A DNA stretch of 64,000 bases from Candidatus Latescibacterota bacterium (GCA_965203805.1 OZ241917.1:2496001-2560000); one strand, 5' to 3'; counted from the first letter of the stretch, positions 9,579 through 20,473 are shown. A program made the numbers and translations. Notes: a model not told the origin generated them from the letters alone.

Positions 9579-12500
9579 TCATTTCCGCCTCTTTAGCCGC
9601 TTCTGTGCTTCTTGTAATAAGCGTTTCCGGTCAATTTCAGGAGTTACAGACCCTGAATTCTCTTGGAATTGATACTCTTGTTTGCTGAAATCGTCCGGTT
9701 TCGGCAATGGAGACCCCTGCAACAATAGATCCAGAATCCGGTGCGCTTGTTTGCGTTTCAACAAGCCCCTGCGTACGGCATTTTGTGCATCAATGCCCAA
9801 AATACAGTCCAGACAGGCAGTCTCACATCGGTCATGGTGGTCCGGATTTACATAAAGAACACGCAACGCTTCTTCAAGCCATAAACGACCTAACCCCAAT
9901 AGTTCTCGAACATGACCAGCACCGCCGGGAACATCGTCATAAAGCACGACACCCCATAAAGCACCATTCTCACCAGCCGGTACAGTCATCACACCGATTT
10001 CACGCGTATCCAGTTCAAGTACCTGAACCCCTGCACGTTGCAATGCATACCCCAAAGTCGTAATCAGAGCAAGGTCATGTGCCTGAGAATCTAGACAGCC
10101 GCAGAAATCAACCATCAACACATCCGTAATCTCACGTGCTGCTAACACCTGCCTTCGGATAATTTGGGGTTCCCCATCATGCCAGCAGCGCGTCCAAGGG
10201 TTTGAAGAATGCAAAGGCGCGTGGTTGACGAAATCAGTGGACAGCTTCTGGATTCCGTCGCCGTAATCTGTTTCGCTTTCGGCAAAACCACACTTGAGGC
10301 AAATGGCAAATCCTAGGTTATTTTCTCCTTTATTGTACACCATTATTTCGCCGTCTTCTTGATAGTGACAAACCAACCCTGGTATATCCCCCAAATTTTC
10401 GATGGGTGTCATTTCCTCATCCCGGTCCTGCAAAAATGTCATGGTAGCTGTCTCCGCAGAACCAATGCGTTCTATGTCGGTGCCAAATCTTGGGGATTCC
10501 CAAGCGGCACTACTAAAACCATGTTTGGGAAAAAGCATTGATTTGGGGGGAATGACAGGTTCTGCTCCACATATAGGACAAGCATGTTCCGTCTTGGATA
10601 CCCAATAATAAAAATGTCCCTTGACACATTCACAGCACTGACCTCGCAAGCCAAAAGATGTATCTCCATCCGTCCAGTGCTTCAACAAGCCACGCGACGA
10701 AACCATTTTTCCACCCACCAACAGTTGAGATCCAGGTACATATTCTCGCAAAGCCAACAGACTGCTGCGTTCTAGTCGGTATTGATCTTCTTCGCGGACC
10801 CTATTGTGATGTTCTTGATCTGGTGCAATAACCCGCAACTTTTGCACACCGATGGGAAAACCATAATGAGGTAGAAATTGTCGATCAGCCAAACCCTCAA
10901 TGACCGTAATCGCATATAGAGCTCTCAATTGGTAACCAATTGCATTGGCCTGAGCCTGCTGTTCTTCTTCGGTAGTTCGCCAGCTTGATAGCAGATTCTC
11001 ATATTCTTCTCGCCAACTGTGAATGGCCTCACGAAAATCATCAATGGAATGTTGTAAAAAGCTGTGCCAATCCTCTAATTCTCTCAACAACCGGGTTTCA
11101 CCCAACAATGTCTCGATCGTAGTATCAAGTATTTCTTGACCCTTGTCTCGTACCCAATTCAGATAGCTTAAGAACTGTGCTTCTAGACCAAGGGCCTGTA
11201 ACTCGGGATTCCACCATGGAAAATCGAGTTGAGGTCCCGACGAAATAGGTGTTTGAACGCTCGGCTTCGGGTCTCCCTTACCCCAATATGCCACTCTTGG
11301 CACACCGCAAAATTCACCCATGTTGCCAAATGCATTCATCGCTCCCACATGCTGATCTTCAGGATAAATGGCTCGAAAAAATTCCCCGATCAAAAAGGAA
11401 TGAAAGTGACGCTTTACGACCCGGTTACGATCGAGAAAAACCAGAGGCTTGCGCAATGGACGATTAAGATAGTCGCCAACGCGATTGAAAACTTCCCGAT
11501 CATAAGGCTGCGTCCGGGCAAACGTAATCACAGCGGAAGAGCCATCAGATCGACGGCCTGCACGGCCGGCACGCTGCGAATAGTTGGCTTTGCCTGGCGG
11601 TACATTGCTCATCAATACTGCGTTCAATCCGCCGATGTCAATACCCAATTCCAGGGTCGTTGTCGCACTCAAGATATTACGAATGCCATATTTGAAAAGA
11701 TCCTGCAAGCGCCTGTTTTCATGGGGTGATAACTGCGCGCTGTGTTCTTCTGCCCACAACCCCATCTGGAAAACTTTCGCATCGCGATACTCACGCCGTT
11801 GCCTCCCGAAGCGAGCATCGTTGTCCAGTTCGGCATCTAAGACGGGCCTCAAAGTGCGATTACAACCAAATACGGGCGCACAGCCCAAAATGCTGCGATA
11901 CCACAGGTGCCCAGTCTTTTCACAGCGGTAAATGTTGACGGGGCGCCGCAAGCCCAGATGGTCAAAGACCAACTGTATAGCATCCTGTGTTGGTCCAGTT
12001 CCAGACTGTCTTGCGTGGCATTGAATCCAGGGCAATTGCCCATCCGAGGGTTTTTTCCCTGCAGGATGCGCCGCTTCCATCAACTGTTCAAATGCCGTAT
12101 TGAGTACCCGGTTAGCCAAATCCTCAATGCCGTCTGACACACCACAGGCCCTCAATACTTGAGCGGCAAACCACGATCTACGCTGCCGCAAGGTTTGTCC
12201 CACGAAGCTAACCAATCGATTGCCAGATGCTTGTTCGGCACACCAATAGCCTATATACGGCACATCAAATTGGGTGTCTTTCACGGCATCCGAATCCTCA
12301 AGCGCAATAACCCCATCGGATCTAAGCGTATCACACAATGCTTTAAGGAAGTCCCCCCATATCTGAGTCAACAGGGTTCGTGCCTTTTCATGGGGTAGGA
12401 CACCAACTAAAGTACTAGGCACGATCAATTCATCAATCCCGGGATAGGTCACTTCAACCAGACCGAGATTTTCCAATAAGTTATCACCCCGAGAGGTGCG

Positions 12501-14918
12501 GGCAAATTCGTTTGCCAAATACAGTTTGGCATGCCGCTTCACCTGTTCATGATTCACTTCCCATTCGCGTTGTCCCCATACTTCCCCATCCTTTTCAGGC
12601 ACGTGACGAGATGCTGTCTCACGGTCGAGCAATTCTGATAGGAAGGGTTGACCAGACAGTTTTTTACACCAGTCATCAATAGAGCCACCTGCAGCTGCAC
12701 TCTTCGCCTGTAATCTCCAAATTTGTAGGGTATTTTCGATTACCTGTCTCAATCCATGAACAAGATCCGGTTTTGCAAGTTTCTTTTCTTGTTCTTTGAT
12801 CATCTCTTCAATGCCAGCAGCCGTTTCTTCTCCTCCCAGTGGTTCGTCAACAATCTGCTTTAATATGGCAGCACGAATAACTTGCAATTCGTGCTGCGCT
12901 GTCAAGCGAGGGCCTAATCGCGCCGCTTCCCGCCGGCTGTCACTAAAGACCAGCAACCGCCGGCCACGTGCAGGCAGGTAGTTTTTCGAAAGCGTCGGGA
13001 AATGCGGCATCTCTGACAATACTGTTTCGGTCAAAATTGATAGAATAAGCCGCGACCGGCGAGCAAACGAAACAAAAGCCTGTTGTCCTTCACCACACCG
13101 AGGGCACTCTGAAATCTCATATAGAGAAACGGCTTTGGCGTCTGGTCCCCCTAACGCAGCAGTAATAGGATCAATGAAATATTCCCGGCCGTTTAAGGAC
13201 GGCTGAAAATGAAAATACGAGGGTGTTTCTTCACCATCCGGAATAACGGGCTTGAGATACTGGCAGTCATGCTTTCCTGCCAATAGCCATTCCCCACAAT
13301 TCCGACATCGAAATAGGGAGAGCACCGCGCCTCCACAAGAAGAACAGGTTTCATGAAATCCTGAGAGAACACGCCCTGAAGATTTTAGCTTTAAGTGTTG
13401 ATCACCCGAACAGTCCGGATTAACACAAACGGATAACCCATCGTTGGATCGTGCCACCAAATGGATTCGGTGGGGAATTAAAGGATACTGATAGGGTAAT
13501 GCCCTTGCCGTTGCTGCAAGTTGGAGTAACACAATTGCCGCTTTCACTTCAACTTCCGTTTGGCCTCCCCAAAGTGTCTCAGCCAGTTCACCCAACGGCA
13601 GATGTTTCTTTTCCCACAGTTCTTTTTCCAATTCATGAATCAAAGGTGCGGCTCCCAACGTCTCCTTAAGTAGACGGGCTGGTACATTCCGTTCCTTAGC
13701 AGTGTCCACCAAAGCTGAATCGACCAAAACCGGCAGTTGTTGTCGCAACCGATTGCACATTTCTGGCTCATCAGCCAGTATAGGCTGCATATCGTCACCA
13801 TAGGTCATCAAAGGCCGGTCCAGCCAATCCTGTTGAATCAAATCGTCCGGCGCACAACCCCGCTCTGGCGGCGCGGGGATATCCAGATCAACACGTGTCG
13901 AGCGTCCTTGTATTATCTGAACGTGACCAATTGCCTTCGAAAAAATCGTCGCAGCAAACCTCTTGAGATCATTCAGGTTGTCCGACCCAAGAGTTGCAGA
14001 GGTCGCCATCTGTAGAAAATCTGAAGTTGAAACTCCGCAACGAATAGCAAGGCGTCTCAATAAGAGCGCGATTTCAGCGGCCAATGTTCCCGTGTATAAA
14101 TGCGCTTCATCCAGAACCACAGCACGAAGTCCTGGTCCAAAAAACACAGAATCCTGTGGCCTACAGAGCATGTATTCCAGCATAGAATAGTTCGTCACGA
14201 GAATGTCTGGCACTTGATCAGGATTAGGCTGGCTCTGTTTTCTACCTGTTTTCGGATTTTCCAGGCCTCTGGCCTCCTGTCTCGTGCGCACGCGGCAAGC
14301 ATCCCAGTCGGGAATACCTTGGCGATCAGCTGCTTTTTTATTTTCTGGTGTTTCACTGGTAAAGTGGAAAAGGCGGACACGTGTTTGGCCTTCTAGCCAA
14401 CTATAAAGACGGTCTACCTGATCATTGACGAGCGCGTTCATAGGATACAGGATGATACACTTCACGCCTTCTTGTTTCAGTGGAGAATCGTATAGCGCAT
14501 TTAGAATTGGTAACAGAAACGCCTCAGTTTTTCCTGTGCCGGTACCCGCGGTCACAACCACTGCTGGCTTTTCTGCCTGTTTTTCCAAATTTTCCGCACA
14601 ACACATGGCCTCGTATTGATGCGTATAAAGAGGCCGTTTAGAAGGTACAGCACCAGTTTTATCCAATTGATCGCGAAGCTGAGCGTCAAATCTTCCGGCA
14701 TCAACCAACTTGGCAAGCGTCCAATCAGACTGCTTCGCCGGGAAATTACCTTCAACCCACAAGTCGCTCAATAACCCGCCATTTTGCGGCGCAGAAGACC
14801 AAAATTCGCGACAAATGCCTGACAACTTCGGATCATTAACAAAGTTGTCGTCGACACAAAAATCCGTCAACCTTTGCCGGATTTTTGCAGACAATTGCAA
14901 TGCGTCAAGTTGTGCCAT
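9579..14918 (-). CDS. Large SF2 DEAH-box helicase with Zn ribbons and C-terminal DUF1998 (DruE-like)
   Basis: 1779 aa. Q motif LYTHQ, AGTGTGKT, YPMNALVNDQ, TNYSMLEYML, DEAH, SAT, FSDSRREAA, TTTLELGIDIG, QRAGRAGRR; many CxxC; terminal LYDDVPGGAGH...CETACLDC. Confidence 0.9.
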   Translation of the reverse strand: MAQLDALQLSAKIRQRLTDFCVDDNFVNDPKLSGICREFWSSAPQNGGLLSDLWVEGNFPAKQSDWTLAKLVDAGRFDAQLRDQLDKTGAVPSKRPLYTHQYEAMCCAENLEKQAEKPAVVVTAGTGTGKTEAFLLPILNALYDSPLKQEGVKCIILYPMNALVNDQVDRLYSWLEGQTRVRLFHFTSETPENKKAADRQGIPDWDACRVRTRQEARGLENPKTGRKQSQPNPDQVPDILVTNYSMLEYMLCRPQDSVFFGPGLRAVVLDEAHLYTGTLAAEIALLLRRLAIRCGVSTSDFLQMATSATLGSDNLNDLKRFAATIFSKAIGHVQIIQGRSTRVDLDIPAPPERGCAPDDLIQQDWLDRPLMTYGDDMQPILADEPEMCNRLRQQLPVLVDSALVDTAKERNVPARLLKETLGAAPLIHELEKELWEKKHLPLGELAETLWGGQTEVEVKAAIVLLQLAATARALPYQYPLIPHRIHLVARSNDGLSVCVNPDCSGDQHLKLKSSGRVLSGFHETCSSCGGAVLSLFRCRNCGEWLLAGKHDCQYLKPVIPDGEETPSYFHFQPSLNGREYFIDPITAALGGPDAKAVSLYEISECPRCGEGQQAFVSFARRSRLILSILTETVLSEMPHFPTLSKNYLPARGRRLLVFSDSRREAARLGPRLTAQHELQVIRAAILKQIVDEPLGGEETAAGIEEMIKEQEKKLAKPDLVHGLRQVIENTLQIWRLQAKSAAAGGSIDDWCKKLSGQPFLSELLDRETASRHVPEKDGEVWGQREWEVNHEQVKRHAKLYLANEFARTSRGDNLLENLGLVEVTYPGIDELIVPSTLVGVLPHEKARTLLTQIWGDFLKALCDTLRSDGVIALEDSDAVKDTQFDVPYIGYWCAEQASGNRLVSFVGQTLRQRRSWFAAQVLRACGVSDGIEDLANRVLNTAFEQLMEAAHPAGKKPSDGQLPWIQCHARQSGTGPTQDAIQLVFDHLGLRRPVNIYRCEKTGHLWYRSILGCAPVFGCNRTLRPVLDAELDNDARFGRQRREYRDAKVFQMGLWAEEHSAQLSPHENRRLQDLFKYGIRNILSATTTLELGIDIGGLNAVLMSNVPPGKANYSQRAGRAGRRSDGSSAVITFARTQPYDREVFNRVGDYLNRPLRKPLVFLDRNRVVKRHFHSFLIGEFFRAIYPEDQHVGAMNAFGNMGEFCGVPRVAYWGKGDPKPSVQTPISSGPQLDFPWWNPELQALGLEAQFLSYLNWVRDKGQEILDTTIETLLGETRLLRELEDWHSFLQHSIDDFREAIHSWREEYENLLSSWRTTEEEQQAQANAIGYQLRALYAITVIEGLADRQFLPHYGFPIGVQKLRVIAPDQEHHNRVREEDQYRLERSSLLALREYVPGSQLLVGGKMVSSRGLLKHWTDGDTSFGLRGQCCECVKGHFYYWVSKTEHACPICGAEPVIPPKSMLFPKHGFSSAAWESPRFGTDIERIGSAETATMTFLQDRDEEMTPIENLGDIPGLVCHYQEDGEIMVYNKGENNLGFAICLKCGFAESETDYGDGIQKLSTDFVNHAPLHSSNPWTRCWHDGEPQIIRRQVLAAREITDVLMVDFCGCLDSQAHDLALITTLGYALQRAGVQVLELDTREIGVMTVPAGENGALWGVVLYDDVPGGAGHVRELLGLGRLWLEEALRVLYVNPDHHDRCETACLDCILGIDAQNAVRRGLLKRKQAHRILDLLLQGSPLPKPDDFSKQEYQFQENSGSVTPEIDRKRLLQEAQKRLKRRK

Positions 14919-14927
14919 AAATTACCC

Positions 14928-17900
14928 TTATAGATTGAGGACAATATCGTTAAGGATATTGATACAAAGATAACGGTTAAAGGGTTGCACATTCATTATT
15001 ATTTCGAGGTTTTCTCGCTCAATTGTTGTCAGAGGTTGCTTGTGTCCAACTTTTACCAATTTCGCACCATTTTGAGCTGTATTTTTCACAAAGAATGGGT
15101 CCAGCATCATGCTTTGCGCAGCTTCATTAAGATACCTTTCTTCCTCAACTCTAACGTCTCGCTCAGAAGCTCGTGACGGTAAAAGCAGAAAGCGTCGCTT
15201 GACACTCTTCAGATGGTCAATCCACTCGGACTCGCTGAAATTTCCGTAATTCGAAACCACCAATCCTTGTAGGACGTTCCCCATGAAAATGGGGTTTATA
15301 TTTCCAAGACACTGAAGTACTTCCCCAAAGTTGACGCAAAATCCATCTCGAATCATCAAACCTACCAATTCGGATGCTTGTTTAGGATCAACCTGCACCT
15401 GAGAGAATAATTCTCCAATGGTGGCCAACCACGTATCGAAAGTCTCGTTAAAGCATAGTCCTTTCACAAGCCCCTGATCCTGCATCCACGCAGATAACAC
15501 GGCGACTAATTCTGTTTCGAGGAAGCGGATGATTTTCTCTTTCCATGTCAGCTTGAGGATCGGAAAATGCAGCCATCGCATCATTGCTGCCACATTTTGA
15601 ACGTCTTCAGTATCCAGGAAACCCGAAATATCTATGCTATCTTCCCACCAACTCCCTATACACTCTCCACGATATGCAATGCCACAGGCGATCAACGGGT
15701 GGCTGACTTCCGCAAGCCATTTCCGACCGTCATACGCACGGATCTTGAATTGAGACGCAAGTCCACTGTGTGATAAACCAATCAAGAGATGATCAGGCCC
15801 CGGATCTACATCTCTGTGCAAGAAAATCTCGACACATGTTCCATCCATCAGCACCCGGTCTATAGTCCCACGGTCAATTACTGCGGTCGATAGTGTTAAC
15901 AGCTTCTCCCCAGGTAAGCAGTTATACGGTTTCTGCACTTTCAATGGGGCGCCCAATCCCACCAGTCCGCCGAGTGTCCTCGGACGCTTCCACAGCCTGC
16001 GCAAAAACACAGTCCCCTCCATCAAAGCGAGGTCGTTGAAGTGTCCTCCTCGCCAAGGATTCGGAACGAAAACTTGCACACGATTAGATTCCAGTTCTTG
16101 AATAGTCACACCTCGCAAAACAGACATCGGCTCCCAATGGGTCTTTCGGTAGATAGCCGATCCTATAAAGTCTAAATCAACTGGCAATCGAAGGCGCTTT
16201 ATTTCGCCGTTGTGGACCAAATGAAGTTCAATTTTACTACCTTGCCAGACAGCGAATGCGATCTCTGGTGTCAATTCGATATTTTCAATTCTCTTCTCCC
16301 CTGTCAGAGTTGTAACCGTGAGGGGTTTTTTGCAGAAAATAGCGTGGGAAATTTCGACGTCAGGAATGGTACTCTTGATAATCAAATCAAATCTGTCCCC
16401 AAATTCCAATTGGGTGTTTGGCACAGCATTGATCTGGATTTTTCGCTCCCAATCCAAATGACTGGATTTGGATTGATCTGAAGGTTCGAACATAGGGGAC
16501 CAAAAATCCTCTCCTTCGAAGGTGATCTTTAAGTCAGGTGTCCACCCTTTTTCCAGTAAGATCAAACGCCATTTTCCTTCTCCAACAAGCCGCCACGGCT
16601 CAATAGATGGTTCAACCTCAAGGTCCTTCAAGGTGATCAGCACATATTGTGACTGAGTATCCATTTGTCCGTTCCATGCGTCGATTTTGCTCCCAGAAGG
16701 GTACCGAAAGATACTGACCATCAGATCATCTTCGTCATTCCAAAGTTGGAGATCTTGAGTATAACACGTTTTGCCTTCCGAATCACATAAACGGATAATT
16801 TGTAGAGGACTATCAAGATGGATACGAATTTCCTCTATACCTCCATAGTTTCCATTGTTATCTCTATAAAGCGAACCTTCATATCGTTCCCCCACAAAGA
16901 GATCGTAGCGATCATCAATGATATCGATTAAATCAAGCTGTTTCAGAGAGCATTCAAAAAATGGCACGGCAACACCAACCCATCGAAGCCTGGGTTTATC
17001 GATTAACAAAATGTGTTGCTCGTCATCCTCAGCTGCCACTTCTACGTTGTCCGTTGTGGACAGTTTGTCCTCGAGGTTCTCAACCGACATTGCCGCATCC
17101 AGCACATCCTCTGTTTTTTCAGGTAGAACCCAGGGATTGACGTCGAGAATTTTTGCCGCTATATCCCGTGAAATGTGATTGAACCGAAAATCTCTTAGTG
17201 TATGGAATAGGCAATGGAAACTCTCACTTGTCGGGTGCGTACCTAACAAAAAATCAATCGAGCGGAGATTTTTGTGCCCTGTCAACGTCAAAGGGAGTTG
17301 TTTAAGATGGGACAAAGCAAAACCATATTGTAGTGTCATAGTTATGTAATAACTTTGCGTGCCTTCATGACCCAAAACATGCCGCAGATTGAATTTTCGA
17401 CAAGTAGACTCTATAATGTCCTTAAACCTTTGATTGATGCTCTGTTCACCTTGGAAGATAACCCTTCTGGCGTCGTCACTAAACCGCCTACGTACAAAAG
17501 GCCAGAGCATGCTTGATACAGCTTCTCTGCGACCGACTTCCACAGCAAAAAGAAGCAGCAACAGACCAGTTCCCAGAGCAATGGGAGCCACTTCCCCCTC
17601 ACCCCATTCAATAGGTTCGTCATAATTGTCCAATATTGCCCGCAAAGTAGATGCATCAATGTGCTTTGCCCACAAAATCAGCCATTGATACCCTTCGTGA
17701 TTTATACGTAATTCACATAAAGAACAAGGCTTTGGTAAATTTCCAACGGCTTTGATTATTCGCAGAATAGCTTCTCGAATTGCGTCGGGATCTTTTGGAT
17801 CCAATCCAATAAAGATATTTCTGTAACAGTCTCCTCTTCTGTCAATCCCGGCTAAGATTGCGTCATAATCTAAAATGCTGCCACCTAAGAGGGTTTTAGT

Positions 17901-19400
17901 GCTTTCTTTGGGCGGAGGTTCGGGCAAGGGCCGTGAAATTTTCTCTTCTGCATATTCAGGCAGTGCATAAACAGCTTGATCTACTTTCTTTATTCTGCCT
18001 GTGCGTTCTAAATTTTGAAGCACGTAATTGACTCGCGTTGCCGACAATCCTCCGGGAAAGTCCAGGAATAACCTCTGAGCCGTTGCTGCTATATCTTTGA
18101 AGTGGGCGGGGCATTTCAGGGTATTCAGCGTGCGAATTATGCAAGATGGCAATCGTCTGGGGGACCGGTGACTTTCTTCTGCGCGATCAAATAAAATGTC
18201 CCCTTCTGTTTTGCTAAAGTCGCCAAGGCATTTTCGCGCAGCAGACAGATATCCTTCTTTGTCAATATTATATTCATCCTCCCAAGTTTCCAGTCCGGGC
18301 AAATTTGCAGAGTCCTCCGCCCAGTTTACCCACAGCCAGTCACTATCATAGACCTGGATTGGTGTTACCATTGCCATTGTTCTCAAAATTTGGCACAAAC
18401 CACGGCGGGTGATCCGTCTTCCAAAGTAACCTTCCATCTTTTCTGCAATCGTATCAGGATGCACAAGACGTATGGACGGCAAATCAAATAGGTTTTGACC
18501 TAAAGCATAACCAAACGACTTCCGATGTGTAGGGTGCTGAAGCCGGTCAACCGCCTTTTTCACTTTCTGCCGTACTCTTTCCTTTGTAATCCGTAACGAC
18601 AGACCCAATTCTTCAAGTGTGTGTCCATCGAGTATCCTTCTCTCAAACAATGTCCTTTCGTCGTCATCAAACTGAGATAACCAGTAATCGTTATGGGCAC
18701 CATCCAGTTGGACCGGCTTTGACATTTCACATTGAGCGCGCACCTCAAATCCATCCCAGAAAAGTACAAATTCAGTTTGCAGTCCCCAATATTGACAAAA
18801 TGAAAGGAATGTACGCATGTAGGCGGCAGATATGTTATCCACACCTGATTTTTCAATGACTCCTACCTGTTCCAATAGAGTCCACAGTTCGTCTGGCTCC
18901 AATTGATAGGGGCTGGCTATCAAACGGCAGATTCTCTCGCCAAGCGTTTCAGTGATGAGTTCTCTTGGTTCTGCCTGTGAGCACCAGGTCAGTAGGCATC
19001 TACAGGCCGATTCAATCAGCGTTTTTCGCGATATAAATCCCATCGGCGAACATCTGTCTTTGTGCTCAAGAACAACATAAACGGGATGATGAAGCAGAAC
19101 CTTTTCTAACTGCGATAGCGAGACAGCAGATTTGTCGTATACAGGTTCGATCCAATCGTGAATTTGCTCTGCTGTACGCGCAGGTGCAGGAATTTTCGCA
19201 TTCCAACCGAGCAACTCTTCGACGTATTTCAAGTCTTCGAAAGCGCAACTTTCAATTTCATTAGGTAGTCCTTCAGCCGGAGAATCAATCGATGCATACG
19301 GATAATTGGACATGTCCCATCGAACGCGACAATTGATGTGTTTATAATTCGAAAATGATGGTCCTGCATTAACCTTCCCCATAGACACATCCCTCAACAT
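14928..19400 (-). CDS. Large hypothetical protein: sigma-70 region-4-like HTH plus second HTH, fused to a DruH-like C-terminal region
   Basis: 1490 aa. TLEELGLSLRITKERVRQ (sigma4 HTH), PAHFKDIA...VYAL (winged HTH-like), LLFAVEVGRRE...LWP segment. Ends 9 bp before the helicase start. Start codon uncertain. Confidence 0.7.
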   Translation of the reverse strand: MLRDVSMGKVNAGPSFSNYKHINCRVRWDMSNYPYASIDSPAEGLPNEIESCAFEDLKYVEELLGWNAKIPAPARTAEQIHDWIEPVYDKSAVSLSQLEKVLLHHPVYVVLEHKDRCSPMGFISRKTLIESACRCLLTWCSQAEPRELITETLGERICRLIASPYQLEPDELWTLLEQVGVIEKSGVDNISAAYMRTFLSFCQYWGLQTEFVLFWDGFEVRAQCEMSKPVQLDGAHNDYWLSQFDDDERTLFERRILDGHTLEELGLSLRITKERVRQKVKKAVDRLQHPTHRKSFGYALGQNLFDLPSIRLVHPDTIAEKMEGYFGRRITRRGLCQILRTMAMVTPIQVYDSDWLWVNWAEDSANLPGLETWEDEYNIDKEGYLSAARKCLGDFSKTEGDILFDRAEESHRSPRRLPSCIIRTLNTLKCPAHFKDIAATAQRLFLDFPGGLSATRVNYVLQNLERTGRIKKVDQAVYALPEYAEEKISRPLPEPPPKESTKTLLGGSILDYDAILAGIDRRGDCYRNIFIGLDPKDPDAIREAILRIIKAVGNLPKPCSLCELRINHEGYQWLILWAKHIDASTLRAILDNYDEPIEWGEGEVAPIALGTGLLLLLFAVEVGRREAVSSMLWPFVRRRFSDDARRVIFQGEQSINQRFKDIIESTCRKFNLRHVLGHEGTQSYYITMTLQYGFALSHLKQLPLTLTGHKNLRSIDFLLGTHPTSESFHCLFHTLRDFRFNHISRDIAAKILDVNPWVLPEKTEDVLDAAMSVENLEDKLSTTDNVEVAAEDDEQHILLIDKPRLRWVGVAVPFFECSLKQLDLIDIIDDRYDLFVGERYEGSLYRDNNGNYGGIEEIRIHLDSPLQIIRLCDSEGKTCYTQDLQLWNDEDDLMVSIFRYPSGSKIDAWNGQMDTQSQYVLITLKDLEVEPSIEPWRLVGEGKWRLILLEKGWTPDLKITFEGEDFWSPMFEPSDQSKSSHLDWERKIQINAVPNTQLEFGDRFDLIIKSTIPDVEISHAIFCKKPLTVTTLTGEKRIENIELTPEIAFAVWQGSKIELHLVHNGEIKRLRLPVDLDFIGSAIYRKTHWEPMSVLRGVTIQELESNRVQVFVPNPWRGGHFNDLALMEGTVFLRRLWKRPRTLGGLVGLGAPLKVQKPYNCLPGEKLLTLSTAVIDRGTIDRVLMDGTCVEIFLHRDVDPGPDHLLIGLSHSGLASQFKIRAYDGRKWLAEVSHPLIACGIAYRGECIGSWWEDSIDISGFLDTEDVQNVAAMMRWLHFPILKLTWKEKIIRFLETELVAVLSAWMQDQGLVKGLCFNETFDTWLATIGELFSQVQVDPKQASELVGLMIRDGFCVNFGEVLQCLGNINPIFMGNVLQGLVVSNYGNFSESEWIDHLKSVKRRFLLLPSRASERDVRVEEERYLNEAAQSMMLDPFFVKNTAQNGAKLVKVGHKQPLTTIERENLEIIMNVQPFNRYLCINILNDIVLNL

Positions 19401-19555
19401 TGGGGCGGTGATTGGAATTAGCCTCGGTTCGTTCTCAAATATTGACGTACGTTGGTTCAGTCGTCACATCGCAACCTGTCTCACCCTTGGAAAACGGAAT
19501 TGACTCCGCCCGTCGTTCCATCGACCTCTGATCGCACCCACTTACGGCTTCTCTA

Positions 19556-20473
19556 TCACACCGGATGGCGCTCGCAGCCCAGGGCCTGCGCGATCGCCCG
19601 GATGTGAGACGGCCCCGCGCCGCAGCACGCGCCGATGAAGTTGATTCCCTCGGCTTTCGCCTTCAGCGCGTATTGGGCCATCTCGCTTCCCGATACGATC
19701 ATCGATTCGCGGATCACCGAATTGTTGGGACCGGCATTGCGATAGCCCTGCGGCTGGTAGGCGATGGGGATGTCCACGGCTTCCCGCATCGCCAGGACCC
19801 CCGGCCACATGGTCATCGAGTCGCCGGAGCAGACCAGACCCACGATATCCGCGCCTTCGTCCGCCAGGACCTTCGCGCACTCCGCGGGCGTGGCGCCGTC
19901 GTGCGTCCGGCTGCTCGAGCCCATCAGCACCATCGCGGGAACGTCGGTTTTCTTGCAGCGAGACAGGCACAGCCGGGCCTCGTCGAGGCGGGCGAACGTT
20001 TCCGGCACCAGAAGTCCGGCGCCCGCGTCCACCATCCAGGAAATGTGTTCGTCCCACTCCGCGCATGCCCGCTCCCGCGCACGTGCATTGCCGGGTTGAT
20101 AGATATACGGCCCCGTCCAGGAGCCCGCGGCCGTCTGGTTCAGGCAGCCGGCGACAAGGGCTTCATCGCCGGAAGCCTCCCGGGCCAAACGGATTGCCGT
20201 ACGGGAAATCTCCTCGAGCCGGGCCGCCTCCCCGTCGGCCCCCTCACCCGATATGTCGCGGCGTTCCAGTTGCGACCGGCTGGTCCACCAGGTCTGCGCC
20301 TGGAGCACGTGGGAACCGGCCCTGTAGAAATCCTGATGGATCTGACGCAGCGCGTCCGGATCTTCCAGAATCATCGCGGGCGTATCGTACCCCCGCCACC
20401 TGGCCTCGATAATCATCCCCCCATCGCTCAGAACAACGCCCTCTTCCAACATCTTCAACAGGTCCATTCCCAT
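19556..20473 (-). CDS. Homocysteine S-methyltransferase (BHMT-like) family protein
   Basis: VLSDGG, HQDFYRAG, PETF, VGLVC and FIGACCG Zn-ligand motifs; AGGAGG SD. Confidence 0.9.
   Translation of the reverse strand: MGMDLLKMLEEGVVLSDGGMIIEARWRGYDTPAMILEDPDALRQIHQDFYRAGSHVLQAQTWWTSRSQLERRDISGEGADGEAARLEEISRTAIRLAREASGDEALVAGCLNQTAAGSWTGPYIYQPGNARARERACAEWDEHISWMVDAGAGLLVPETFARLDEARLCLSRCKKTDVPAMVLMGSSSRTHDGATPAECAKVLADEGADIVGLVCSGDSMTMWPGVLAMREAVDIPIAYQPQGYRNAGPNNSVIRESMIVSGSEMAQYALKAKAEGINFIGACCGAGPSHIRAIAQALGCERHPV

Larger units (their letters stand above)
9480..19500. other. Lower-GC genomic island (putative defence island)
   Basis: Abrupt shift to AT-richer sequence and codon usage relative to the flanks (judged by eye). 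Contains only two very large co-oriented genes. Boundaries approximate. Confidence 0.75.

Noticed and set aside
9579-14918. Assignment to DISARM (DrmA/DrmB) or Dpd systems
   Set aside because: Helicase and DUF1998 are fused in one protein, and no methyltransferase, PLD nuclease or dpd/queuosine genes are adjacent.
9462-19503. GAATTGA 7-bp direct repeat near both island edges (9462-9468 and 19497-19503) as a possible att site or target duplication
   Set aside because: Too short to exceed chance, and no integrase or tRNA is nearby.
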